Notes under the pieces: model-generated
What the model saw: the letters and a program-made list of their open reading frames with translations, nothing else
Database searches by the model: none
What the model was told of the DNA's origin: nothing
Translations under genes and position numbers: made by a program
In this document: piece after piece, positions 10,516 to 23,470 of the stretch
Layout of the letters: every line of letters starts with the position of its first letter
Numbering within the stretch: position 1 is the stretch's first letter
Source: Podarcis melisellensis
Lineage: Eukaryota
Assembly (NCBI GenBank): GCA_964234715.1
Contig: OZ174287.1
Strand: one strand, 5' to 3'
Length of the DNA: 60,328 nucleotides

Positions 10516-11595
10516 TGTATTAAATCTGGTAATTATAGTAGAGCTAGCTGGAGCATACAAAAGGCCCATCTAGTGCATAATCCTAATTTCACTGTGGCAA
10601 AACAGAAGCCTACGGGAAGCCTTCAAGCCTGTTGGACAATAACGCAATAGCTCTCTTCCCGATAGGATTACTGTCTGTGACAATGGAAGTAAGATAAAGC
10701 CATTGTGACTAGCAGCCATTGAAACTTTCTCGAGTGTAATTAGGATAATCTTACTGGAGGCAAAGAAGTTCCCAAATTTTCCTTAATTCCTTCTCAGAGT
10801 TTGGAATTCTAAATTAACTGGTTTTCTCCCTGGAAATAAAACCAATACATTCAAGAATTCTCCCATAGTTCCCTTCATATATCTCAATCTTTCAATGAGC
10901 ACTGTGTAGACACAATTTAGTTGCATTTTCAGCTTCCTCATATATCCCTGCTCTCTCCAAGTGCATGCACATTGTACAGATGTACATGTTGAGAAAAAAG
11001 TGCAAGAAAGAAGCAGTGTTATGCTTTTTTCCTGTTGACCAAAGACTGTCGTCAATGATGCAGCTCTTTAAATATTAACAAATCTATTGTTACATAGTTC
11101 TTCATGGTCAATAATCCACCATGCTTCTGATGACCTGTATGAATTCCTTGAAAAAGCATAAAAGAGTAAACTTGATCCAGTTGTACATGCATTTGGATTA
11201 CGGTTATAACCAGTTGTGTTTTATCACTGTACAGAGCCACATTATATCTCAGCAAAGCACAACACTTTTAAAAAAGCTGTCACATGTTCAATACCATCAC
11301 ATTGCTATTATTGATGCTGCCAGAACTCATTCATGCAGATTATTTTTAAAGTAACAAACTAATTTCTTTGCCCCTTGCATCAAAGCTTTTAAGGCTGCGA
11401 TGAAGAACCTTTGGTTTACCAACTATTAGTGGACTATTTTTCATTTCAGTCAGGGACAATGGAACTCGGATTCCACTAAAACCTGGGGGCCACCCACAGA
11501 GCTTCCACCCATGTTTTACAGCATGCTTCAGTATCAGCTCATCTGAACTGTTTGGTGAAGCAGGCTTCAAATTGCAATCGTCTATTAGCCATGAA

Positions 11596-11824
11596 CCTGC
11601 CAACCTAGCATTTAGAAAGCACGTCAAAGTGCAAGTAGATAAATAGGTACTGCTCCAGCGGGAAAGTAAAAGGTATTTCCATGTGCTGCTCTGGTTTGCC
11701 AGAAGCGGCTTAGTTATGCTGGCCATATGACCCAGAAGCTGTACGGCAGCTCCCTCAGCCAATAAAGCAAGATGAGAGTTGCAACCCCAGAGTCGGTCAT
11801 GATTGGACCTAATGGTCAGGGGTC
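11596..11824 (+). mobile_element. Sauria SINE, 5'-truncated
   Basis: It matches the central and 3' part of 29396-29768 and has a 14-bp TSD ctattagccatgaa (11582-11595, 11825-11838). Confidence 0.85.
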
Positions 11825-12198
11825 CTATTAGCCATGAAATGGAAAGCACTCAGGTACAATGGGTTGTACTCAACACTGCTGTTCCACTCAGAGAAGAGAC
11901 TCCACTTGTGCATGAGAACTTAGATTCTCCTGAAGCACCCACACACCCTCAAAACCTGCTCTAGGAGGTTCAGCGACCTTATGGAGCACACTGGGGGGAG
12001 GGGGGGGACCTGTAATCAGAAAATGAAACTGAAGTCCCATTGCTTGAATTCTATGAGCACTGTAACTTTTCTTCACTGTGATCTGTGGCTATGTAAGTAG
12101 AGTAAGGTAAAACACTGAAAAACACACACTAGTTTGATTTGAATCGTTTATATTCCTTTATTTCTTCATTTCTTTCATGGCTTGAATTTTCTTGGTTG

Positions 12199-12923
12199 NN
12201 NNNNNNNNNNNNNNNNNNNNNNNNNNNNNNNNNNNNNNNNNNNNNNNNNNNNNNNNNNNNNNNNNNNNNNNNNNNNNNNNNNNNNNNNNNNNNNNNNNNN
12301 NNNNNNNNNNNNNNNNNNNNNNNNNNNNNNNNNNNNNNNNNNNNNNNNNNNNNNNNNNNNNNNNNNNNNNNNNNNNNNNNNNNNNNNNNNNNNNNNNNNN
12401 NNNNNNNNNNNNNNNNNNNNNNNNNNNNNNNNNNNNNNNNNNNNNNNNNNNNNNNNNNNNNNNNNNNNNNNNNNNNNNNNNNNNNNNNNNNTAGAATATC
12501 TCACTTTTGAGATTCTCCTGACAGTATAAAAATGAAGTTAGANNNNNNNNNNNNNNNNNNNNNNNNNNNNNNNNNNNNNNNNNNNNNNNNNNNNNNNNNN
12601 NNNNNNNNNNNNNNNNNNNNNNNNNNNNNNNNNNNNNNNNNNNNNNNNNNNNNNNNNNNNNNNNNNNNNNNNNNNNNNNNNNNNNNNNNNNNNNNNNNNN
12701 NNNNNNNNNNNNNNNNNNNNNNNNNNNNNNNNNNNNNNNNNNNNNNNNNNNNNNNNNNNNNNNNNNNNNNNNNNNNNNNNNNNNNNNNNNNNNNNNNNNN
12801 NNNNNNNNNNNNNNNNNNNNNNNNNNNNNNNNNNNNNNNNNNNNNNNNNNNNNNNNNNNNNNNNNNNNNNNNNNNNNNNNNNNNNNNNNNNNNNNNNNNN
12901 NNNNNNNNNNNNNNNNNNNNNNN
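12199..12923. other. Assembly gaps (N runs 12199-12491 and 12543-12923) at the position of the paralogous GATA microsatellite
   Basis: N characters are visible directly. The flanks match 5125 and 5227, which bracket (GATA)n in the other copy. Confidence 0.97.
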
Positions 12924-14300
12924 GAATATCTCACAGTTGAGATTCTTCTTAAAGCATTACAGAAAAACATATCAGAATTAAAACACAGTCAGTTGTGATC
13001 AAAAGTTCTTTGACTTAGATGTAACAATCATACCTTACTACCATAAAATCTTACTTTGCAAAAGAAGTAACTGCTGTTTCGTGCGTCAGAGCGGTGCACC
13101 ATGATGCACCAAACAAAGATATTTTCATATATGTGATCTCATTCTTGATGCAACTCAATTTTGAAGGAATACGTTTGGGAATTTTCTGCTAACTAATCCA
13201 TGGTGGTAAGAATGGCTAACAAAAAAATATATGCATTTAATCCTTGGGTGATGCAAGAAATTACCATTACTTCCAGAAACCTCACATTTTTATAGGAATT
13301 GAAAATACTGCTTTTCAATGCAATCTAAATTTCACCCATATAATTTCCTGTGGATTCAAACTTCTTTCAGTTTTTTTCTACAACCAAGCAGTTATATAAA
13401 TTTTATGAAATTAATGAATGGATGGATAAAAAAGACTAGGTAATCATGTTTGATTAGAATAACATGAATGGAGTGGGTCGTGCAGTGTGTTGTATGCATG
13501 CCAACAGCTGCATCCAGTACACTATACAAGGACTTGAGTTATACACAGTCCTTCAGCAGTCTAGATAATAATCTAAGGCAAATGAAGACCAACTTCGAAG
13601 GGAGTGGAAGTTGTGGTTCAACATGGCTGTCGTTATTTGGGGTGGCCTCCTGGCTCCAGCCTGGCTGTTGTGGTGCGCACTGGCTGCTGGAGCTCACCCA
13701 CAGTTGTAGCCACAAAATGACACTTGCTGAAACAAAGACAGTTTTCAGTGCCAAAATCTCATCACTGAAGGAGGGTGTTGGTGGCTGCAGTGGCACCTAA
13801 CGTGTGTGGGAGATACTCTCCACCGCCTTCCCCACAGGGGAGAATTTTAGTAAAATCTAAAACGTGGTCATACACACACTTTGTGTGTGTCAGAATTGGG
13901 TCTGTGAGTAAATGGATACCTAATATTTATTGAGAAAAGATGTCAACTGTATGACAGCAATAAACCAGAAAACCATTGTTACTGAGTGTACTTCACACTC
14001 AGCTGTTGAATAATCATGTGAGACACATGTAAAAAACAGGTTCCTGTACAGCAAACAGTCTACAAAAAGAAATAGTCAATAATCAAAGCAAATGTAGATT
14101 TATAGTTAAAGTAAGAATCCCTCCCAAATGATCACTGATATACAGACAGTCCAGGTTGCATTGGGTTGGGATCTGGTTGGCTTCCTGCAATAATGCAGCC
14201 ACGAGCCACATTTGAATGAAATATTTACATCCGCTTAATCAGTAGTTATGTCTTCGGTGTTTACTTTTTTCCTTTTTTCTATGCTCCATTCTTCAGACAT

Positions 14301-15257
14301 TCAGTTAGTTGGGTAGTGTGGAGAGAAGACCCTTGCAATTGTTTTCTTATATGCTTTCTGCACTTCTTTATTTCTTAGGGTATATATAATGGGATTTAAA
14401 ACTGGAGTGACAACTGTGTACATAAGAGCACTCATTTGGTCACTCCGTGAAGTATATTTGGACTTGGGGATTAAGTAGGTGAAGAGGCCTGACCCAAAGA
14501 ATAATGTCACCACCATGAGGTGTGAGGAGCAAGTGGAGAAGGCTTTCCGCCTTTGCTCAGCAGAAGGAAGCTTAAGGATGGTTGAAATTATACGGACGTA
14601 GGAGAGGATAATCAGTAGGAATGGACTCATGATAAAAGTGATGGTCACTGCCATGACAGCAATCTCATTTTTGTAGATATCTGTGCATGCCGTTTTCACC
14701 ACTGGTAGGATATCACAAAAGAAATGCTGGATGTGTTTAGAACCACAGAAGGGTAAGCTGAAGATCCATGCTGTTTGAGCAACTTGTACCAAGAAGCAAA
14801 TAATCCAGGCTGCGGCTGCCAACTTTGTACAGACTTGGTGATTCATGATTACTGTGTAGTGCAATGGGTGGCATATGGCAACATAGCGGTCATATGCCAT
14901 AGCTGCCAGGAGGCAACATTCTGTCAGCCCCAGGATGGTAAAGGCATACATCTGGGCTGCACATCTAGCTTTGGAAATGCTTTTATGCTTTGTTAACAGA
15001 TGTGCCAACATCTGGGGCACCACACTAGTGGTGTAACCTATTTCTAAGAAAGATAGGTTTACCAAAAAGAAGTACATGGGAGTTTGAAGGGAATGGTTGA
15101 GTTTCACAAGCAGAATTATGAGCATGTTTCCAACTAAGGCAGTAATGTACATCAGCAGAAAAAACAAAAACAGCAAGATTTGCCATTCAGCAAGGTATGA
15201 AAACCCTACCAGGATGAACTCATTTAGACTGGTCTGGTTCTCAGCTAGCTCTTCCAT
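14301..15257 (-). CDS. Olfactory receptor, class II, OR10A-like (318 aa), type B
   Basis: Intact ORF with NQT, PMYFFL, MAYDRYVAICHPLHY, KAFSTCSSHL and PVLNPIIYTLRNKEV. Confidence 0.97.
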   Translation of the reverse strand: MEELAENQTSLNEFILVGFSYLAEWQILLFLFFLLMYITALVGNMLIILLVKLNHSLQTPMYFFLVNLSFLEIGYTTSVVPQMLAHLLTKHKSISKARCAAQMYAFTILGLTECCLLAAMAYDRYVAICHPLHYTVIMNHQVCTKLAAAAWIICFLVQVAQTAWIFSLPFCGSKHIQHFFCDILPVVKTACTDIYKNEIAVMAVTITFIMSPFLLIILSYVRIISTILKLPSAEQRRKAFSTCSSHLMVVTLFFGSGLFTYLIPKSKYTSRSDQMSALMYTVVTPVLNPIIYTLRNKEVQKAYKKTIARVFSPHYPTN

Positions 15258-17481
15258 AGAATGGATATCCTGTATGGAAGAGGAAAAGGCAGATATAGAT
15301 TAATCAGATGATTACACTATTGATACTGGTTTGGCTTGCATGTCACACCAGGCAAAAATGTAATTTAGGATAAAGGAATTTTACAAATCCATAGTTAGTC
15401 TGGAGAAAGTTAGGGCATTAGAGTGGATTCAAATTTCATGGCATGGCATGGCAGCAAAGTGATCAGAGAAGAACAAAGTAGACTAAATTTTCTTCCTGGA
15501 AGCCCCCATTCTCATATGTTGATGCTAAATTATGGTTTGCTTAGCCTGGCATGCAGACCAAACCATTATCTTTCCCACTCCCTCTTTTTCAATCTTTCTC
15601 AGAACTGTTTTGTTAATGAATGGAATTACCCCATGAACCTCATACACAAATGCCTTTGAAACTGGATTAAGAATTGTCTAAATTATCACATGCTTGAATT
15701 CAAAACAGATTTTACAAAATGCTTAGGAATTTAAGAAATGCCTGCTGAATCAGCCAAAAGAGCTATGTGGTTCATCATTCTGTTCTTACACTGGCTTTCT
15801 ATAAGACCCCGAAGAGGGTGTGAATACAATAGCACTCATAAATGGGCATTGTTCCCAAATTTTCCTAATTTATTCTCAGATTTTGGGATATATTACCTGA
15901 AGTAAAATGAATGGATTCAGAATTCTCTCTTGGGTCCTTTTATATTTTACAATTTTCTACTTTCTAGCACTATGTGTGCATAGTTTTATTTCACTTTTAG
16001 CTTTCTCATATATCCCCGCCCCAATCTTCCACATGCTGATAATGTACAGCTGTACATATTATGAAAAAATTCCAGAAAAAGCACTTTCCTGGGTAGATTT
16101 TTTGGTGAAGCAAAAATAGTGGTTTGGCTTACAGCTCATTAAATACTAGCAAATTTATAACTGCATAAGTTTTTGTGGTCCACAGTGCATAGTTGAAGGT
16201 GTTGACTTGTATGCATTGCTTAAACAGTATAAAGAAGTAAACTTGATCTAATTGTACATGCAGTTGGATTAAGATTCTTATAAGTGAGGGACTGCACTGC
16301 ATTAAAACAACACAATTTTGTCATGTGATAAAATGGTCAATGCAAACACATCATGAATAATGGTGCTGCTGGAAATCAAAACTAATCAGTTCATGTCAAA
16401 TATAGTAGGTTTGCAGTTCTCAAATATATAACATGCCCTGATCCAATCATGTGAACTCTAACCCCGAATTAGGAACTGTCCTGAGATAACCCTGTGAGAG
16501 GAAAGGCAGTCTAGAAAAACTGCTAAGTAAGAAAATATTTTGTAATTCAAAGCAAATCTGATTATGAATTAATTTTTACTTTCTGTGTTTATATGGCTCT
16601 TAGTGAATTTCCGGAATTATGAGGTGTTCCAATGACTTTTTATCCATTCTCTTATTTGTTTTCTTTAGCTTTTTCAAAACTAAAATCTCTCTAAGCAGTT
16701 AGAAAGCTCAGATCCTGCCACACATATTCAAAATGGGGCCATAAATGTCACTGGAAATGGCATAATGTGATTTTATAACAACATCTCCAGGGGCTGTGTG
16801 GAATTGAGAGAGGGGGGGGGGGAGAGGTCTATCCCTGTTTGATGTTTTGCAGACTACACCTTCTTTTTCATTGGAAATGTGCAAGGAACCCTTTTAAAAA
16901 GAAGCAGCTTGCTAAAAAATGTTTGGGTAACCTTGTATTACTGCATCCAACTTACTGAAGGTATTAATGACATTGCAAGCTCATTTGATGGAGTCAGTTT
17001 GCCAAACAGTAATCAAGAACAGTGGATAGATGCCAATTAATATGTTGCACTCTTTTCTTACTCCGGCTTTCAAAGCATCACAACATTCTCAACTGTCTTA
17101 AAAACATAATAAATGGGCATAGTCTGTGACAATTCCAGTGTGAGTCAACACTATTGTCATCTCTTGGACTAATGTGTAGATTTAAATTTGATTATTCATC
17201 AGCTCTCATGCTTTCCAAATGTCCCAAATGCAAGTCATCCACCTTGCAGGTAGAATAATTTAAAAAGAGAGACGTCAAGTGGCACCCATGAATCTGCTTT
17301 GAATCATTTGCATTTTATTCATTAATTATGTCTCTTTCCCTTTCCTTTCCTCATTTGTTTATTTCCCTCACCTTTACTTTTCTTGATTATGATTCTAAAT
17401 GAATCAAAATAAATATACATATGATCCCATTGTTGGGAGTTTCCTATGAACTGGGTCTAGTTGTCAAGATTGCTGGCCTTA

Positions 17482-17483
<2 letters not shown>

Positions 17484-17523
<40 letters not shown>
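17484..17523 (+). repeat. (CA)n microsatellite
   Basis: Directly visible. Confidence 0.95.
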
Positions 17524-17524
<1 letters not shown>

Positions 17525-17769
17525 AGAATGGCTGCCTACTGTTTTGTCAGTGACTGTCTTGTCAGCCTGACGTGGCACCTCCTCTCTCCCCCAGACATGC
17601 AGCACCATTTTAGATTGTTTCCCAATCCCCTCCGGCCACTGTGGAGGCTCACGGGTTTCCACCTGTCCTTCAAATAAGGCAATCCATGGCAGCCCTGGGG
17701 TGGCAGGGCCATCTACTTATCCTGGCCAACCACTCAGCACAGCATCCCATCGGCTGGGAACATCCTTAA

Positions 17770-18270
17770 TACACATACACAACCTTCAACACCAGAATTA
17801 AAACACAGGCAGGCATATTCATGTTTCATCAGAATTTATGACCTTTGATTTAGATTTAACAATCATATTCCCCACACCCCTAAAAACTTACTTTGCAGAC
17901 TGAGTGCTTGCTCTTTCTTGCTCCAAAACAGTGAAAAATGGAGTACCAAACATAGGTATTTTCATAGATGTGCTCTCACCCTCAATACAGCTCAGGATTG
18001 AAGGAAAGTGTTGGGAATACCCTGCCAATGAATTCATGGAAGCAACAAAATTCTATGTATTTAATCCACTAAAAAGAAGTGGTGTTATCTCTAAAGTTGC
18101 AAGGAACATCAAATTATTTACAAAAATCCTATGTTTCCAAAGCCATTTAAGATACAATTTTCCAATGGCTTTTTATATATTTAGCATTTCAAAATTCTTT
18201 TTGTATACTGTACTGCTTTTAGTCTCCCCCTTTTATAATCAGACCATGTGTATGATTTTTATGAAATAAA
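17770..18270 (-). promoter_or_regulatory. Probable 5' non-coding exon / promoter block of the type B OR; diverged paralog of blocks at ~60-540, 5270-5712 and 12955-13420
   Basis: The blocks share accagaattaaaacacag, ctttgatttagat.taacaatcata and cttactttgca (minus-strand AA|GTAAG donor). Each lies upstream of an OR10A-like gene. Confidence 0.55.
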
Positions 18271-19278
18271 TAATTTATCTTTGTGTGACTGTTCAACAGA
18301 CACATTTTCAGAGGAAGCATAAGAGTGGTAGCAAGTCCTGCTTCTGACCTACACATTTGCTAGAACATCAGCATGTTTTCTACCAGGTGTGCAGCATTAG
18401 TTTTGCTAAACTGGAGCATTGCTCCACCACCCACCCTAATATTCGCACATTTTATATGGATGTTTGAAGTGAAGTGACTAGGCACAAGCTGATGCTCACA
18501 TCTAGGTGGAATTTTGATGTATTCACTGTATTTATGCCATCCAATGCTTGAGGGAACCTACGGTAATTCCGCAGAGAAAGTGATGGGAGCATTCCTCTGA
18601 TAAAATCCATCAGGGATAGAATGATAATAAAACAGTGTTATAGGGAAATTCAGGTCAAAAGACCTCTAGAGAGTTCAAAAAGTGCTACATGCAGAAATAT
18701 ATTTTCCCTTTTGGTATGGAGATGAAACAGGCAATATCATTACAAATTCATTCATTAGTGCTTGGTAGGGAAGAATCTGTAAATTATGCTTGGCCTATTA
18801 GAATACAATGAATAGGCATTTGCTAAAGCTACCCTTTTAGGTAAATTCCCATCAGTATTTCTAGTGCGGGTAGACAAGCTTTCAACTCCCACAGTTCTCT
18901 CAGGAGGCCTCTCTCCCACAGACTTCCTCTCTATTCCCAAAAATGGGGATGGAGAACCTGACCATTGGCAATGCTGCCTTTGGTAAAACAAAACAGAGCA
19001 GAGTTTTCATCATTACAGAGTAAGCAAATGTGAACATTATGGTTCTCAGGTGTGCAATGTTGCAACCACACACTGTCATGGTGCACATCATGGTGCATAC
19101 CTCAACAACAGATCTGGAGACAAAACTCATTTCTAGTAAGAATACGGGGGCGGGGAGTCAGTAGCTAGAGTCAAGTGCAAAGACACAGTCGGGAATGTGA
19201 AATCTGTGGGCATTTAAGCATTTTCTGGTCTTATAGAATGTGTATATATGTATGCATGCATGTGTGTGTGTGTATCAC

Positions 19279-19450
19279 CCCACCTTTATTTATGCCTCAG
19301 CTCAATGTAGCATATATGTTTCCTTATTTTATCCTCACAACCATATGTGAGGGAGTTTAGATTAAAGAGCAGTGATTGTCCCGTGGCCACCCAGTGAGCT
19401 TCATGGCTGAACAAGGACTTGATCCTGAGTATCTTCAGTTCTATTCTGAC
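19279..19450 (-). mobile_element. Old MIR/CORE-like SINE remnant
   Basis: ttttatcctcacaacc...gtgagg...gtgatt.tccc.tggccacccagtgagcttcatggctga.caaggacttga resembles reptile MIR-type SINEs (recognised from memory). Confidence 0.55.
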
Positions 19451-20941
19451 ATTGCAACTAATACATTACTGAAAGGATCTGTGAAACAGGAATGGAATAC
19501 AAATTTGATTTGCTTCACATTTTAATTTGAATCTAAATAATCCATACTTCCTGAAACAATATTTTAAACAAAATGTTCCTATCCTTTGAAATCTCTTTAA
19601 ACTTCTCTGAATTTTGCCATGCAGTTCTCCAATAAATAATATATACACAAATGTGTATTCTGGGGGAAAGTATACCTAGAAATGCATTTCTTAGTGAAAA
19701 TAATGCAGAAATTGCATTCTGTTGGGCAAGATTGCTTGTAATAATGTGTATATTAAGGTATATCCTTCATTTTGTGTTTTATTAAAGCTTTTTTATCCCA
19801 ACATTCTGGTACAAAAGGCACTTTGCATTTGAAGTCACAATGCCATTTTAAAAACACCTAGCAATATAAAAAGGAAGCAGCAATTGAAACATAAAATAGA
19901 ATCATTATGTGTTACATATAAAATAAAATCTGCAGGAATGAAATGGTATTTCAATAAACAATGAAAAGCTGTGAAGGGGTTTTTTAATGTTTCATAATAT
20001 ATCTGCAGCCATTAAGGTTTCCTCTCCTGGTTCCATTCAAGTGTGCTTTTACTGTAAGCTGAAAATTGTCATTCTCAACTCTGTTCATTTGAATGATTTG
20101 TGTATAGCGCTCCATACCTCTACTCAAAGCAAATTCAGTATAGAATGTTAGGGATACAAATTAAAGAAGAACACTGCAAGTCATTAACAGACAAAGAGAA
20201 GTTTGACATGAAATACATTGCAGATATGGTATCAGGTGTAGGACAGTAGAGCATGGCTTGGCTAAAATGTCCCAAAGAGTCACAAAATCTTTCATGTTTG
20301 GATTTCATTGAAAAGCTCCATGCTATTCTGGAAGCCTTTAAGTCTTCATTCCACCAGTTAGGACAAATGGACATAATTTAGTTCAATTTCTCTGGACAAT
20401 CTTAATTTCCATGAGTAAATGCTTTCTCTTCCCCACCAATGTCTCAACTGCCAATTGCACTTCTGCATTTTGTAGGCTATAGATGATTGTGTTGAGAGCT
20501 GGTGCATTTTGTGAAGTATGCATATCAGAAATATGGCAAGCAGTTGGTGGAAGATGCTCATGGGAGTAGGGATGGTAGTCTCCTGGTGCCAATATCCCTC
20601 CCAAGACTGGGGATCCAAGATTAGAGTCATCCATGAAATGTCTAAAAGAACTCATAGCAATGAAGGTTTCCATGTTAAGTCAATCCTTAGCATTGTGGTA
20701 TTAGTTATTTAAAATACAGAATTACCATCTCTTTTATTCACCTTTCTGTTAACTTTGGAACAAAAGTGCCTGAAACATATTGGTTCCCAAAGTCATAATG
20801 ATAGAAGTTAACCAGAGGAATATTTTGAAGAATTCACCTTTGAATGACTTCAGTTCTAAAAAAAATTACCAAAATTTGCCTAAAGTGGGATTTTAAGGTA
20901 CATATAAGGTTGTGCTCAAGAAATTATCAGTGAAGACAAAA

Positions 20942-21021
20942 TATCTATCATCTATCTATATCTATCTATCATCATCTATCTATCGTCTATCATCTATCTA
21001 ATCTAATCTATCTATCTATCT
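20942..21021 (+). repeat. (TATC)n microsatellite, imperfect
   Basis: Directly visible. Confidence 0.9.
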
Positions 21022-21353
21022 ACTTTGGATCATGCATACCACTATACTGAAATGATCACATACAAGTTAGTTGATCAAGGTTCCATATTTATTTGCAACT
21101 TTCACTACTGGCAGTTACAAAACAGTGCACCAATTTTTTGGGGAAACTAAGGTTAGAGGACATCACATGCCTATTGCATTTTTTTTGGGAATATTTAGCA
21201 TCATACGGTAAAACAGAGATCACATTCCTCTCAGCTCATCACACACCATTTAACATTTTATTTTAAAGAAAGTTCAGTTGTCTTGTTCCACCATTTATTA
21301 ACAGTGTGTCTCAGTTAATCTCAGTTCTTGTTAAAGGTCCTAACTTTATAATG

Positions 21354-22286
21354 TTATCTAATTAATAACTTACTTATTGCTCTTTTCACTTCTTTGTTCC
21401 GTAGGCTATAAATGATAGGGTTAAGCGTCGGAGTTATGATATTGTAGAGAACCCCAACCAGCTGGTCCTTTTCCAGTGAGTAGCTGGAGGTAGGTCGAAA
21501 ATATGTGAATATCCCAGAGCAGTAGAACAGAATCACAACCGTGACATGAGATACGCAGGTGGAAATGGCCTTGTGACGATGTCCTTTTTGCTGATTGTTG
21601 AAAACAGCATGAAGAATCAAAGAGTAGGAGATCAGAGTAAAGAAAAAAGGGCTAAAACCTACAAATACACCCACTGTGAAAAGTGCCACTTCATTAATTG
21701 ATGTGTCAGAGCATGAAATACTCAGCAATGGAGGAATGTCACAGTAAAAATGACTGATCACATTAGATCTGCAGAAAGACAGGCGGAATGTGAGTGCTGT
21801 ATGGAGAGTAGCATTGAAGAAGCCACAAGCCCAGGATACTGCAGTCAGCTGGAGACAGGTCCATTTAGTCATGAATCTTGCATAGACCAATGGGTGACAT
21901 ATAGCAAAGTACCGATCCAAAGCCATAGAGGCAAGAAGAAATCCCTCAGCACCCGCCAATGAGATAAGAAAATACATTTGTGCTGCACAATCCAGTAAGG
22001 AAATGTGTGGAGATTGGACCCAAAGATCTATGAGCATTTTAGGGAGAGTCACGGAGATGTAACAGATATCTAGGAAGGAGAGATTGCCAAGAAAGAAATA
22101 CATAGGTGTGTGGAGGGACTGATTTAATAGAGACACAGTGATGATGACTGAGTTGCCCAAGAAGCACATAATATACATTGTGAGGAAGAGGATGGTGAGC
22201 AAGGACTTCCCTCTTTTAATAGTTACAAATCCCAGAAGTACAAATTCTGTTATTGATGTTTGGTTGTTAAAGAAGGATGTGCCCAT
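21354..22286 (-). CDS. Olfactory receptor, class II (310 aa), OR5V/OR13-like
   Basis: Intact ORF with NQT, LHTPMYFFLGNLS, MALDRYFAICHPL, HFYCDIPPLL, KAISTCVSH and PTLNPIIYSLRNKEVK. Confidence 0.96.
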   Translation of the reverse strand: MGTSFFNNQTSITEFVLLGFVTIKRGKSLLTILFLTMYIMCFLGNSVIITVSLLNQSLHTPMYFFLGNLSFLDICYISVTLPKMLIDLWVQSPHISLLDCAAQMYFLISLAGAEGFLLASMALDRYFAICHPLVYARFMTKWTCLQLTAVSWACGFFNATLHTALTFRLSFCRSNVISHFYCDIPPLLSISCSDTSINEVALFTVGVFVGFSPFFFTLISYSLILHAVFNNQQKGHRHKAISTCVSHVTVVILFYCSGIFTYFRPTSSYSLEKDQLVGVLYNIITPTLNPIIYSLRNKEVKRAISKLLIR

Positions 22287-22549
22287 GGTGTCTTATCTGA
22301 ATATTACAGTTAGGAGAGTGCTTTTTTTTTTAGAAATTTCAGTACTATTCCGCATTATCAGTGAAAGCTTTCCAGGCATAATGCAACTATATAGACTGTA
22401 TCACCTTCATGGCTTTCCGTATGCAACAAATTCCACTGTGTGGTAGTACCTGAAAAGCAAATTGTTACACTCACTGTCCATGAGCAAATATCACACGTAT
22501 GAAGGTTAACAGGATTTGCTACCCCCTCCCCTTATATACTTAGGTCAGT

Positions 22550-22860
22550 TTGATCTTTTTAAGACTCAAACTCCTGCCCTCAGTTTCATATACCAACCAT
22601 CATCAGTTCTTCTTTACATTTGTTAAGCTCAGTCTTAATGACCTTGCAGCTGAGCTTTCCATGCAACTTCTGGTTGCTGCCAAAACTGTGTTAACCACAT
22701 ATTGGAAAGCTCCTACATTACCACCCGTTGGAAGATAGCTTATTAAATTATTAAATAAATAAATGCATAAATGTTGGGATAGATAAGCTGATGTTGTAGA
22801 TAAAATTGCATTATTACCCAAGGAAAAAATAAACCAGTTCCTCCAGTTTCAGGATGTGTG
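22550..22860 (+). mobile_element. Old L1-clade ORF2 C-terminal remnant
   Basis: LLVAAKTVLTTYWKAPTLP resembles TTAARILLAKYWKMQELP of the L1 fragment at 8042. Confidence 0.45.
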
Positions 22861-23409
22861 TTTTCGTATGGGAGAATCAAACCATTTTATAACACACTAG
22901 AATTTACACTAAAAATTTGTCCCATTGCATATAATTTGTTTGTGTAAATATGATAATAGAGTAGGAAAATATTGACCAGTCCAGCCCATACCATGGCTTC
23001 CTGTCAGGAAGTGTGCATTCTGTGATATGCAGACCACAGGCACCGTCTCAAATGAAGATCTCGGGAGTTTCAAAAGAATTTATATTTTGATGCCTCTGAC
23101 CACATCATGGACACTTCCACAAAGAAAAAAATAACAAGAGGTTTGAAGAGAGGGCACACTATTTGTGCGCTCTTAGAAATAACATGTAACAACTATCCCT
23201 ATCATTCCTCCCTATGCAACATACTTCTTTCATTTTCTATTAATATGAAGCACAAACGCTCAGTTCTTGTTCTTGTATGCTCCAAAGAGCAAATGGTTCC
23301 CTTAGATGTCAAACATACCCAACTTACACAAAAACGCTCTCTGGCCACCAAAGAAGTACTATTTCTTATTTTAAAGTAGCACACTGTGATGTAGCAAAGA
23401 AGCATGTTT

Positions 23410-23470
23410 TTATTTATATTCTTGTTTAAGGGAAGCCCATGGGAATGCCCCACTAATGAATCCATGGAGG
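23410..23470 (-). promoter_or_regulatory. Probable promoter of the OR at 21354-22286
   Basis: O/E-like gcccatggga (23435-23444), homeodomain ctaatga (23453-23459), O/E-like tccatggag, and a minus-strand TATA-like aatataaa at ~23413-23420. It lies ~1.1 kb upstream of the ATG. Confidence 0.5.

Noticed and set aside
12139-12981. Several long ORFs full of X
   Set aside because: They are artefacts of translating assembly-gap Ns.
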